From contig JAHFGL010000004.1 in the NCBI GenBank assembly GCA_023247445.1, forward strand, positions 72,968 through 136,967: a DNA stretch of 64,000 nucleotides, in the 5' to 3' direction. Origin of the DNA: Candidatus Omnitrophota bacterium (lineage in GTDB: Bacteria; Omnitrophota; Gorgyraeia; Zapsychrales; Zapsychraceae). This document shows positions 50,686 to 60,327 of the stretch, piece by piece (the first letter of the stretch is position 1; each line of letters begins with the position of its first letter). A program made the position numbers and the translations under genes. The notes below the pieces were generated by a model that was not told the origin of the DNA, did no database searches, and saw only the letters and a list, made by a program, of their open reading frames with translations.

Positions 50686-52314
50686 ATGCAGAATAGGATC
50701 CAAGGTAAAAGAATTGATGGTGTTTTAGGTAATAATGAGCTGCGTGATTATTTGGCTAACAAAGAAGAGACCGCCGCCGTTGAGGTTGTCAAATCCAGTC
50801 AAGATCTCTATCAATACCAAAAACCTTTTACACGTCCAATCCAAACATTGCTCATTGCGCCGCCAATTACGATCCCGCGCAATATGCAAAAAAGGTGCAT
50901 TCCTCCTTTAGGGTTAAGTTATATTGCCGCCTCAATTGAAAAAGCTGGTTTAAATGTCAAGATGCTCGATGCCATGATTGAAGGTTATCATCATGATGAG
51001 TTTAATGGCAATCTTATGACCTATGGCCTTTCGATGCAGCAGTTAGAGGATCGACTTCGTCAAATGCCGGTCGCCCCCGATGTTATTGGTACATCGGTAT
51101 TATTCTCAACGGATTTACATAATCTTTATAACGTTGCTAAGGTGATCAAGAGAGTCTTTCCAGAAAGCATCATGATTGTTGGCGGACTTCATCCAACAAT
51201 TTATCCCAAAGAAATTTTTGAAATTGATGAGCAGATAAATGGAAAGAATCGCACCGTTGATTTTGTCATCCGCGGCGAAGGAGAAGTACGTTTTGTTGAG
51301 TTTATTAAGCTGATGCAAAAAGGCTTGATTGATCGAAAAGGCGATGGATTAGTTGGTTATCTTAATGGCGAGTTTTTCTGTAACCATCAAAAGGGAACAA
51401 TTGAAAATATCGATTCCTTACCTTTTCCCGCCTATCATTTACTTCCCATGGAAAAATATTTAAGTATCAATATCCCATTTTCACCGGTTCCGCAAGGAAA
51501 TCGCGTGGCCCAAATTCTAACTTCGCGGGGTTGCCCGATTGGATGCAGTTTTTGTGCGAGTACGAATATGTATAAAAGATATCGTCATCGTTCGGTTGAA
51601 AATATTATGCAGGAGATATTTCAGCTTAAAGAAAGATACGATATTGATGAAATTCAATTTGCCGACGATAATTTAACATTAAATCGTGAACATTCGATTC
51701 AGTTTTTTAATGAACTAAAAAAAGCTGGCCTAAAATGGTGTACGCCCAACGGGACCATGATCAATACGTTGACGCCGGATCTTTTGGATTTAATGGCTCA
51801 ATCGGGTTTGTATCAGATTACGTTGTCTGTTGATAGCGCTAATGCCAAGACCCTTAAAAACCTTCATCATAAACCGGTTAATTTAAACAGTATTCCGGGG
51901 CTTATTGCCAAAGCGAAAGAATATGGCATCTTTACGCATGGAACGCTTGTTGTCGGAATGCCAGGGGAAACAATTGATGATGTGAAAGAAGGTTTTGATT
52001 ATGTCAAAAGCAACTTGGGTTTTACCAGTATTTCAACATTTATCGCGGCCGCTATTCCCGGATCAGAGCTTTATCATCAATCATTAGACAAAGGATTAAT
52101 TACTCGAGAAGAGGCGCGGATGATTGATACGACAAAAAATAAAATTCATTTGTCGGAGATGAATCCAGAAGTTTTAGAAACCATGGTCATGGATTTTCAG
52201 GCAGAGTTTACGGAGATTGCTAAGAACCGTGATCCCGAAGAATATTATCGTAAATATAAAAAATTAATTGAATCAGGTCGATTAAAGGGCGCCTATGGGG
52301 GACGTTTAACATGA
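50686..52314 (+). CDS. Cobalamin-binding (class B) radical SAM enzyme, a putative radical methyltransferase.
   Basis: An N-terminal B12-binding Rossmann segment (CIPPLGLSYIAASIEKAGLNVKMLD). The radical SAM CxxxCxxC lies in ILTSRGCPIGCSFCAS. 542 aa. Confidence 0.75.
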   Translation: MQNRIQGKRIDGVLGNNELRDYLANKEETAAVEVVKSSQDLYQYQKPFTRPIQTLLIAPPITIPRNMQKRCIPPLGLSYIAASIEKAGLNVKMLDAMIEGYHHDEFNGNLMTYGLSMQQLEDRLRQMPVAPDVIGTSVLFSTDLHNLYNVAKVIKRVFPESIMIVGGLHPTIYPKEIFEIDEQINGKNRTVDFVIRGEGEVRFVEFIKLMQKGLIDRKGDGLVGYLNGEFFCNHQKGTIENIDSLPFPAYHLLPMEKYLSINIPFSPVPQGNRVAQILTSRGCPIGCSFCASTNMYKRYRHRSVENIMQEIFQLKERYDIDEIQFADDNLTLNREHSIQFFNELKKAGLKWCTPNGTMINTLTPDLLDLMAQSGLYQITLSVDSANAKTLKNLHHKPVNLNSIPGLIAKAKEYGIFTHGTLVVGMPGETIDDVKEGFDYVKSNLGFTSISTFIAAAIPGSELYHQSLDKGLITREEARMIDTTKNKIHLSEMNPEVLETMVMDFQAEFTEIAKNRDPEEYYRKYKKLIESGRLKGAYGGRLT

Positions 52315-53063
52315 GTTTGTCCATGGTCAGAGCGCAAAATTTAAAATTCGCTGAGAGTTTTGATGTTGTAAAAAAACATTTTATGCGGGAAGGATTTTAT
52401 TCGACCGCCATAACGGAATGCGTATATGATCTTATTACATATTATTTTGCGCCAATTATCCTTAAATTAAAATTGAGCTTAAATGACATTTCTCTTATAA
52501 GAATTGCTTTAGTTATTTCTTGTGTGTTATTTACAATTTTTGGTGGGCTTGAGGGTTGGCGGATAGGTTTTCTACTTTTCTTTATCGCTAATATTCTAGA
52601 TTATGTCGATGGGCGGGTTGCTCGGGCAACCAGTAAAGGGACTTATTTTGGTCACTTTATTGATGGATTAATTGATATCGCTTCTGAAACCATGATTCGC
52701 TTTGCGTTAGCTTGGGGAATCTATCATCAGTTTGGGTTTACCCCGTTATTTTGGTTAGGAATTCTAAGTATGATGTTAACATCATTTCATATTTTTCTTT
52801 ATGACCGTTATTCAGCTTTTGCCCGATGGATAAGCTCGACAAATAATATGAATATTTCCCCTGTTCTGCAGAGAAAAGGCCTTTTAAAACCTCAAAATGT
52901 AATGTGGGATTTAGAATGGTTATCTTTGTTTTTTTCTTTGGCTTTTTTTGTGCAAGCAATTTGGATCTATTTTATTTTAAGTCTGATTCACCAGGTGTTT
53001 TTTATTACCTATATTATAAACGGAGCCCATGACAACATGAGAGTTCCTAATGAGGCCCATTAA
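52311..53063 (+). CDS. CDP-alcohol phosphatidyltransferase family membrane protein.
   Basis: The diagnostic D-G-x2-A-R-x8-G-x3-D-x3-D motif is present as DYVDGRVARATSKGTYFGHFIDGLIDIASE, within a protein of about 6 TM helices. Confidence 0.7.
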   Translation: MSLSMVRAQNLKFAESFDVVKKHFMREGFYSTAITECVYDLITYYFAPIILKLKLSLNDISLIRIALVISCVLFTIFGGLEGWRIGFLLFFIANILDYVDGRVARATSKGTYFGHFIDGLIDIASETMIRFALAWGIYHQFGFTPLFWLGILSMMLTSFHIFLYDRYSAFARWISSTNNMNISPVLQRKGLLKPQNVMWDLEWLSLFFSLAFFVQAIWIYFILSLIHQVFFITYIINGAHDNMRVPNEAH

Positions 53064-53080
53064 AATTGTGAGAAGAAAAT

Positions 53081-54757
53081 ATGATAAAGACAAAAAAACT
53101 TCGTAAATTATTTAACGACAAAGAAGTCATTTATGTGATGGGTGCGCATAATGGATTAAGCGCCAAACTAGTCGAGCAAAGTGGTTATGATGCTGTTTGG
53201 GCCAGCGGGCTTGAGATATCAGCTTCTTACGCGGTTCCCGATGCCAATATTTTAACGATGACTCAGTACTTAGAAAAGTCATCAGAGATGAATGAAGCGG
53301 GATCTCTACCTATTGTCAGCGACTGTGATACGGGTTATGGAAATTCGAATAATGTTATTTATCTTGTTAAGAAATATGAATCCGCCGGAATTGCTGCTAT
53401 TTGTTTGGAAGATAAACTTTTTCCTAAGGTGAATAGTTTTATTGGTGGTCGGCAAGAGTTGGCCCCCATTGCAGAATTTGTCGGAAAGATCATGGCGGCA
53501 AAAAATACTCAACGTGATGAAAATTTTATGGTGATTGCTCGTGTTGAAGCTTTGATTGCGGGTTGGGGGGAACGCGAAGCTTTATTAAGAGCGGAAAAGT
53601 ATGTTGAAGCAGGCGCCGATGCGATTTTAATTCATTCGAAGAGAACGGATCCTGATGAGATTATCAGCTTTGCCAAGAAATGGGACAAACGTGCTCCTTT
53701 GGTTGTGGTTCCGACCACTTATCCCTCTTTAATGCAGAATTTTTCTGACACAGATTTATCTGGTTTAGGAATCAAAATGGTCATTTTTGCCAATCAAGGC
53801 ATTCGTGCTTCAATTAAAGCGATGGGAAAAATTATGTCAGATATGCGACAGTCTCGAGGGGCTGTTTCCGTTGAGAAAGAAGTCGCTACATTAAAAGAGG
53901 TTTTTGAATTGCAGGGAATGATCCAAATGAAAGATAGTGAAAAGAAATTCCTTAAATCTGAAAATAGTGATTTCAACGTGATTATTCTTGCGGCCGGAGC
54001 CCCTCAGCATGGAGATGATCTTGAGCCTTTGCTACGTGATCGTCCTGTCGCGCTTCTCGATATTAATGGCCAGTCGCTTATTAAACGTAACCTTGAAACA
54101 TTATCGCGATTTAGCGTCAATGAAGTTTGTGTTGTGACTGGTTATTGTAGTGAACAGTTTAATTTACCGGACGCAACTTTAATCCACAACCCAGATTACG
54201 AAGGTAAGAATGTTTTACATTCTATCGTCGCGGCTGAAGAGAAATTAAAAGGCAAGACACTACTGGCTTATGCGGATATTCTTTTTGATCGGGGCATTAT
54301 TGAAAAGCTTTTAAAGTGCGATGAAGACATTGTTTTGGTTGGTGATGCTACATTTAAGAAAGTGAATATGAATAACCGCCGAAAAGACTTTCTTGTGACC
54401 GATGAGATGCCCAAGATCACGTATCGCTCGATTGATCTTAATAAATTAAAATGTATCCGAAAAATTGGTGGTGATACTCTTCCTGAAGAAGCGCATTATG
54501 AATTTGTGGGATTGGCGCTTCTTAGTGATCGTGGGTCAAAGATATTTAAAGAAATGTATCACACCATGGCTAAAGAAAATAAGATGGAGATTCTTAACGA
54601 CAAAATTACAATTAACGATGTCTTTCAGGAAATTATTAATCGAAATATCCCCATATCAATGTTAGAGGTTAATTCGGGCTGGATTGAGATTCAGACATTT
54701 GAAAATTATAAAACAGCTTGTTATTTGCTTTCTCCACAGACAGAAGGAACCAGATGA
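53081..54757 (+). CDS. pepM: Phosphoenolpyruvate mutase (PepM) fused to a C-terminal nucleotidyltransferase domain.
   Basis: The N-terminal ~290 aa have the PepM-specific EDKLFPKVNS motif of the ICL/PEPM superfamily (distinct from isocitrate lyase), plus SDCDTGYG. The C-terminal ~250 aa (VIILAAGAPQHGDDLEPLL...) is an NTP-transferase fold. Confidence 0.8.
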   Translation: MIKTKKLRKLFNDKEVIYVMGAHNGLSAKLVEQSGYDAVWASGLEISASYAVPDANILTMTQYLEKSSEMNEAGSLPIVSDCDTGYGNSNNVIYLVKKYESAGIAAICLEDKLFPKVNSFIGGRQELAPIAEFVGKIMAAKNTQRDENFMVIARVEALIAGWGEREALLRAEKYVEAGADAILIHSKRTDPDEIISFAKKWDKRAPLVVVPTTYPSLMQNFSDTDLSGLGIKMVIFANQGIRASIKAMGKIMSDMRQSRGAVSVEKEVATLKEVFELQGMIQMKDSEKKFLKSENSDFNVIILAAGAPQHGDDLEPLLRDRPVALLDINGQSLIKRNLETLSRFSVNEVCVVTGYCSEQFNLPDATLIHNPDYEGKNVLHSIVAAEEKLKGKTLLAYADILFDRGIIEKLLKCDEDIVLVGDATFKKVNMNNRRKDFLVTDEMPKITYRSIDLNKLKCIRKIGGDTLPEEAHYEFVGLALLSDRGSKIFKEMYHTMAKENKMEILNDKITINDVFQEIINRNIPISMLEVNSGWIEIQTFENYKTACYLLSPQTEGTR

Positions 54758-55524
54758 TAAAAACTGTGATAACGGCTGTTATTCTAGCAGCGGGATTAGG
54801 GAGACGATTAAAAGAACTTGGGCACAATGCCCCGAAAGGATTTTTGAAGTTTGGGGAAAAGCCAATTATTGAAGAGTCCATTGAAAAGCTTCTTGAGTCA
54901 GGAATAACCCAGATTATTTTGGTCACAGGATTTTTAAGCGAGTTTTATGAAGATTTTGCTTCTAAGTATCCAGAAGTAAAAATTGTAAAAAATGAGCGAT
55001 ATGCGACTTCGGGAAGTATGTATTCCTTATTTTGTGCCCGCGCATTGATTAATAAAGATTTCTTGTTAGTTGAATCCGATCTTATTTACGAGCGATTAGC
55101 CTTAGAAACACTTTTGCAGTCTGTGAAAGAGAATTGTCTTTTGGTTTGTGGAGAAACAGAATTTGGTGATGAGGTTCATGTTGAGGTATTAAACGGCTGC
55201 GTCTCTAAGATTTCAAAAAAGAGAGAAGAGGTTAAGAACGTTTATGGAGAATTTATTGGGATTTCGAAAATTTCTTTTCCCATGTATCAAGTGATGCTAA
55301 GAGAATGCGAAAAATTATTTCAGAAGGATCTAAACATCGAATACGATACCGGATGTATTTCTGCTTTAGCCAATCAAGTTAAAGTTGGCGCCGAGAAAGT
55401 TGAAGATCTTCTCTGGTCAGAGATTGATAACAAAGAACAATGGCAACGGGTTCAAAAAATTATTTATCCCGCCATCCAAAGCAAAGATGGTCAGGCTCAG
55501 GTTGATTTAAGGAAAAAATGCTAA
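54754..55524 (+). CDS. LicC/PntC-like cytidylyltransferase (phosphonate / phospho-headgroup nucleotidyltransferase).
   Basis: VILAAGLGRRLKELGHNAPKGFLKFGEKPIIEESIE is the LicC-type CTP:phosphocholine/AEP cytidylyltransferase signature. ATGA overlap with pepM. Confidence 0.7.
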   Translation: MIKTVITAVILAAGLGRRLKELGHNAPKGFLKFGEKPIIEESIEKLLESGITQIILVTGFLSEFYEDFASKYPEVKIVKNERYATSGSMYSLFCARALINKDFLLVESDLIYERLALETLLQSVKENCLLVCGETEFGDEVHVEVLNGCVSKISKKREEVKNVYGEFIGISKISFPMYQVMLRECEKLFQKDLNIEYDTGCISALANQVKVGAEKVEDLLWSEIDNKEQWQRVQKIIYPAIQSKDGQAQVDLRKKC

Positions 55525-56681
55525 ACACAAAATTATTTGGTCAAGAATTAAAAACGTATGGATTTAACTTCTTTTCCGGCGTTCCATGTTCTTTTTTAAA
55601 AGACCTTATTAATTATGCGATTAATGATTTGCGTTATGTCGCGGCCGCTAACGAAGGCGATGCCGTTGCCATTGCGGCAGGCGCTTATCTTGGCGGCATT
55701 AAATCCGCGGTCCTCATGCAAAATTCTGGATTAACGAATGCGACCTCACCATTAACATCATTGGTTTATACTTTTAAGATTCCGATTTTGGGGTTTGTTA
55801 GTCTTCGGGGAGAAACAGGAATTACTGATGAACCGCAGCACGAACTTATGGGAACGATAACAACCAAGTTTTTAGATACAATGCAAATTCCATGGGCATT
55901 TCTTTCTGACCAAATCGAAGAAGCGCGAGAGCAATTAAAGCAGGCCAACGCTTTTATTGAAGAGAATAAGCCATTTTTCTTTGTTGTGCGCAAGGGAACC
56001 TTTGAGCAAGAATCTCTTAAAGCCCGGACGATCCCTTCTGTTAAAAATAATCGAAAGGTTTTAGAATCAAAATCTAGTCATCTTGTTAGCCGTAACGACG
56101 CTTTAACTGAGATTCATAAAATTAAGGATGACGACACTGTTTTTTTGGCAACGACGGGAGTAACGGGAAGAGAGCTTTATGAGATTGATGATGCGGAAAA
56201 TAATCTTTACATGGTTGGATCCATGGGATGTGTCAGTTCATTAGGATTAGGCCTGGCGCTGGCTACGCCGCAAAAAAAAGTTGTGGTCATTGATGGCGAT
56301 GGATCTTTACTCATGCGGATGGGAGCACTCGCGACTAACGCAGCGTATGGGCCAAAAAATTTATTGCATATTACTTTGGATAACGGGATTCATGATTCAA
56401 CGGGCGGACAAGACACCGCTTCTCTAAATCTGAGTTTTGTCGAAATTACGGCCGCCTGTGGTTATGATCAAGCCTTATATGCTCACGATCTTGATGAATT
56501 AAAAAAATATATCAATCAATGGAAAAGTAATCCGGCATTAACTTTTATTCATTTAAAGATTAAGAAAGGGACAAGAGAAGATTTGTCTCGTCCTAAAATT
56601 AAACCTTTTGAAGTTAAGAATCGGTTAATGAAATTTTTAATCAAGAAGAGTAACGTTTTGCATTCACAACATGCAAAATGA
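55518..56681 (+). CDS. ppd: Phosphonopyruvate decarboxylase (TPP-dependent).
   Basis: YGFNFFSGVPCSFLKDLINYA...VAAANEGDAVAIAAGAYLGG (N-terminal PYR domain) and GSMGCVSSLGLGLALA...IDGDGSLLM (TPP-binding GDG). It is directly downstream of pepM, as in all AEP pathways. Confidence 0.8.
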   Translation: MLNTKLFGQELKTYGFNFFSGVPCSFLKDLINYAINDLRYVAAANEGDAVAIAAGAYLGGIKSAVLMQNSGLTNATSPLTSLVYTFKIPILGFVSLRGETGITDEPQHELMGTITTKFLDTMQIPWAFLSDQIEEAREQLKQANAFIEENKPFFFVVRKGTFEQESLKARTIPSVKNNRKVLESKSSHLVSRNDALTEIHKIKDDDTVFLATTGVTGRELYEIDDAENNLYMVGSMGCVSSLGLGLALATPQKKVVVIDGDGSLLMRMGALATNAAYGPKNLLHITLDNGIHDSTGGQDTASLNLSFVEITAACGYDQALYAHDLDELKKYINQWKSNPALTFIHLKIKKGTREDLSRPKIKPFEVKNRLMKFLIKKSNVLHSQHAK

Positions 56682-58378
56682 AAGGAGATTTTATGGAGCA
56701 AGCTCCTGAAGTATCTTCAAAAATTCGCAATCCTGTTTTAGAAAAAAATATTCCCGAAGATAGTGGACTGCGTGAATATTTGGCTGGTAAGGAAGAGACG
56801 GGTTTTGTTAAAGCCTCTATCAGAACGACAAATCTTATCCGCACTCATGAAGGTAGCGATAACTGGCCACGAACACTTTTACTTATGCCTCCGATTACTT
56901 TGTCGGAAGGAACGGTTAAACGAGTTATTCCGCCGTTAGGCTTAGCTTATATTGGGGGATACTTAGAGTCACAAAATATTCCCTTTGATATTCTTGACTG
57001 CGTGGTTGAGGCCTTGCACGAAGAACGTTTGATTAGTGATAAAACATGGCAATATGGGATGTCGTATGATCAAATTCGGAAATATATCGAAAATTATAAA
57101 CCGGATATTTTGGGCCTTTCCATCATGTATTCGTCAGATCTACATGCCCTTTATGAGGTGGCTCAAATTGCCAAGGAAATTAATCCTAAGATAATAACGA
57201 TTGGGGGAGGGATTCATCTTTCAATTTACCCCAAAGAAGTTTTAAATGAAAGTTTGATTGATGGAAAGCCAACCCTGGATTATCTTATCCGTGGGGAAGG
57301 TGAAATCCGTCTCGCCGAGTTTATTAAAAATTATAAACAAGGACTGATAGATATTAATGCGGATGGTTTATGTGGTTGGAATAATGGCAAAATTTTTCTA
57401 AATCCTCAAGTTGAAACAATCAAAAATTTAGACGACATGCCTTTCCCCGCTTATCATCGATTGCCGATGGAAAAATATTTTGAGTGGAATGTTCCGTTTT
57501 CTCCATATCCTCGAGGGAAAAGAGTTATGCAACTTTATACCTCCCGCGGATGTCCGGTTGGCTGTACGTTTTGCGCCAGTACCAATTTCAATAAAGCTTA
57601 TCGTGGGCGTTCTCCAGAAAATATCATCAAGGAAATTAAATATTATCAGGAAGTCTACAATATTGATGAAATTCAATTTGCTGATGATAATTTAACTTTT
57701 GATCGAACGCGGTCCATGGAGTTCTTTGAACTCTTGAAAGATTGTAACCTCCCTTGGTGTACACCCAATGGAACGATGGTCAATACGTTGACAGAAGAAG
57801 TGCTGGAGAAAATGATTGCTTCAGGTCTTTATCAAGTCACCCTTTCTTTAGACAGTGGTAGTGTTAAGACCTTAAAGCAGTTTCATCGAAAGCCTGTAAA
57901 CCTACAAAAGGTCCCGGGGTTAATTGCTTATTTAAAACCTAGGGGTATTTTAAGTCATGGGACAATTGTTGTTGGGATGCCAGGAGAAACGATTGCGGAC
58001 ATTGAAGAAGGTTTTGATTATACCCGTAATTTAGCCTTAGACAGCGTCGCTGTTTTTATTGCTCAGGCCTTGCCAGGTTCTGAGCTTTATGAAAAGGCTA
58101 TCGCGAGTGGCACCATTGATCGTTTTAAGGCCCGCATCATTGATACGCAGCAAAATTTAATTAATCTTTCTGATGTTCCCCGGGAATATCTTGAAAGACG
58201 TGTGAGGGAATTTGTCGCTGAATTTAATCAGGTTGTTCGTAAAAACGATCCTGAAACTTTTGATAAGAAATACGCAAAGCATAAGGACCGTCTAAGACAA
58301 ATTTGTATTGGAATGGCTCATCATAATGTAGACGGCATACTTAAAGCCTATGAGTCATCGCCGGTAGAAACAGTTTAA
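56678..58378 (+). CDS. Cobalamin-binding (class B) radical SAM enzyme, a paralog of 50686..52314.
   Basis: VIPPLGLAYIGGYLESQNIPFDILD (B12 domain) and LYTSRGCPVGCTFCAS (CxxxCxxC). It is roughly 40-45% identical to the first copy along its length. Confidence 0.75.
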   Translation: MKGDFMEQAPEVSSKIRNPVLEKNIPEDSGLREYLAGKEETGFVKASIRTTNLIRTHEGSDNWPRTLLLMPPITLSEGTVKRVIPPLGLAYIGGYLESQNIPFDILDCVVEALHEERLISDKTWQYGMSYDQIRKYIENYKPDILGLSIMYSSDLHALYEVAQIAKEINPKIITIGGGIHLSIYPKEVLNESLIDGKPTLDYLIRGEGEIRLAEFIKNYKQGLIDINADGLCGWNNGKIFLNPQVETIKNLDDMPFPAYHRLPMEKYFEWNVPFSPYPRGKRVMQLYTSRGCPVGCTFCASTNFNKAYRGRSPENIIKEIKYYQEVYNIDEIQFADDNLTFDRTRSMEFFELLKDCNLPWCTPNGTMVNTLTEEVLEKMIASGLYQVTLSLDSGSVKTLKQFHRKPVNLQKVPGLIAYLKPRGILSHGTIVVGMPGETIADIEEGFDYTRNLALDSVAVFIAQALPGSELYEKAIASGTIDRFKARIIDTQQNLINLSDVPREYLERRVREFVAEFNQVVRKNDPETFDKKYAKHKDRLRQICIGMAHHNVDGILKAYESSPVETV

Positions 58379-58419
58379 AAAAGAAAATAAACAATATAGT
58401 TAAAAAGGGGGATTGAAGT

Positions 58420-59193
58420 ATGCTCAAAACAAATTATTTTACCAAGTCGGAGTTAGAAGCGTATGACAGGGATGGATTTATCCTTGTTAAAAACTTTTTT
58501 GATGCCGAGAAATTAAAACACGTTATTAAGATGGTGGATGAATTAATCGCGATGCCTGATAGGGTTGGATTCATTTGGAAGTTTTACGAAGATTTATCAT
58601 CAAATGGAGCAGGTAAAATTCTAGATCGTATTGAGAATTATACTTTTTTGGTTGATGGATGGAAGGGGCTTATCGCTGAAGGAGAATTGCGAGATCGTTC
58701 TTCGGAGCTTTTTGGTGAAGACGCAATTCTATTTAAGGATAAAATTAATTTTAAATATCCTGGTGGACGAGGATTTAAACCTCATCAAGATATGCATGGT
58801 GATTGGCAGATTTATGCCGAGAAATTTTTGACAGCATCAATTGCCTTAGATCGATGCACTATTGAAAATGGATGTCTTTATGTTTCCGCAGGTGATCATA
58901 AAAGAGGCCTTTTTGGAAAAATGTGGGAACCAATTCCTGATGAGTTATTAAAGAAAGAAAATATTAAGTGGATTCCATTAGAAATGGAAGCGGGAGATGT
59001 GGCCTTTTTTGATGCTTATACGCCTCATTATTCAGAGCGTAATTTAAGTAAAATCCGTCGAGCCATGATCCATTTAACTTATAATAATAAAACCGCTGGC
59101 GATTTTTATCAAAAGCATCTTGATGATAAAAGAGTGAACTATCCTCCGGATATCGAGCGAAAAGAAGGTAAAAGCTATGTTTATCGTGTCTAA
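58420..59193 (+). CDS. Phytanoyl-CoA dioxygenase (PhyH) family Fe(II)/2-oxoglutarate oxygenase.
   Basis: 257 aa. An HxD...H facial-triad arrangement (HQDMHGDW ... TPHYSERN) and a PhyH-like N-terminal region (DGFILVKNFF). Confidence 0.65.
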   Translation: MLKTNYFTKSELEAYDRDGFILVKNFFDAEKLKHVIKMVDELIAMPDRVGFIWKFYEDLSSNGAGKILDRIENYTFLVDGWKGLIAEGELRDRSSELFGEDAILFKDKINFKYPGGRGFKPHQDMHGDWQIYAEKFLTASIALDRCTIENGCLYVSAGDHKRGLFGKMWEPIPDELLKKENIKWIPLEMEAGDVAFFDAYTPHYSERNLSKIRRAMIHLTYNNKTAGDFYQKHLDDKRVNYPPDIERKEGKSYVYRV

Positions 59194-59208
59194 AACATAA
59201 CTTTTAAT

Positions 59209-60327
59209 ATGAAAGTAAGAAGAAACATACTTCTTAATCCCGGTCCAGCGACAACGAGTGATAGTGTTAAGAAGGCCCTCATCGTTGCGGATATTTGCCC
59301 GCGGGAAAAAGAATTCGTCAAGGTTGTTGATGGTGTCCGTCTAGATTTAGTCAAGATAGTTAAAGGCGATGGGCAGTATGCCTGTATTCTCTTGGCTGGA
59401 TCTGGAACGGCCGCCATGGATGCCTGCATTAATTCAGTTGCCCCACCCAAAAGTAGGATTGCGATTATCAACAATGGTGCCTATGGTAAGCGCTTAATTG
59501 ACATTGCAAAGTCTTATTCTCTAGATTATGTCGAAATACAATCAGCTTGGGAAAAGCCGCTCGATCCAAGTGTCGTTGAAGCAGTGCTTAAAAATGATCC
59601 ATCAATACGTTGTTTAGCGATGGTCCATCATGAGACAACAACCGGCCTGTTGAATCCATTAAAAGAGGTGGGAGCGATTGCGAAAAATTATAATTGCACA
59701 TTTATTGTCGATGCCATTTCTAGTTTTGCGGGTATTCCAATTGACATAAAAAAATGTCATGTCGATTTTTTGATATCGACCGCTAATAAGTGCATTCAGG
59801 GAATGCCTGGACTGGCTTTTATTATCTGCCACCAACCGGAATTAGCAAAGATTAGAAATTATCCTCGCCGTTCTTTTTATTTAAGTTTGTTTGATGAATA
59901 TAGTTATTATCAAAAAACAGGAGAGACGCGCTTTACCCCTCCGGTACAGGTGGTATATGCCCTGCGGCAGGCGATTAAGGAATATTCAAAGGAAGGCGCC
60001 ACGGGGCGTTATAAGCGTTATACGGCCAATTGGAAGGTCTTGCGCGATGGATTAGAGAGGATGGGATTTAAGTTTTTATTAAGGAAAGAAGATGAGTCAC
60101 ATATTTTAATGACCATGATGGAGCCGAATCATCCCAAATATAATTTTGATAAAATGCATGATCTTTTGTACAAGAAAGGTTTTACGATTTATCCCGGGAA
60201 GATTGGCCAGCTCAAAACATTTCGATTAGCGAATATGGGGGACATTAACCCAGCAGATATTAAACGTTTTTTACAAGAGTTAAAGAATGTATTAAAGAAA
60301 ATGGAAGTTTATTTAAAGAATGACTAA
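59209..60327 (+). CDS. 2-aminoethylphosphonate:pyruvate aminotransferase (class V aminotransferase; PhnW/AepZ-like).
   Basis: ILLNPGPATTSDSVKKAL...ACILLAGSGTAAMDA...STANKCIQGMPGLAFI places the PLP Lys in the xNKC motif. It belongs to the serine-pyruvate/AEP transaminase family and sits in the cluster with pepM and ppd. Confidence 0.75.
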   Translation: MKVRRNILLNPGPATTSDSVKKALIVADICPREKEFVKVVDGVRLDLVKIVKGDGQYACILLAGSGTAAMDACINSVAPPKSRIAIINNGAYGKRLIDIAKSYSLDYVEIQSAWEKPLDPSVVEAVLKNDPSIRCLAMVHHETTTGLLNPLKEVGAIAKNYNCTFIVDAISSFAGIPIDIKKCHVDFLISTANKCIQGMPGLAFIICHQPELAKIRNYPRRSFYLSLFDEYSYYQKTGETRFTPPVQVVYALRQAIKEYSKEGATGRYKRYTANWKVLRDGLERMGFKFLLRKEDESHILMTMMEPNHPKYNFDKMHDLLYKKGFTIYPGKIGQLKTFRLANMGDINPADIKRFLQELKNVLKKMEVYLKND

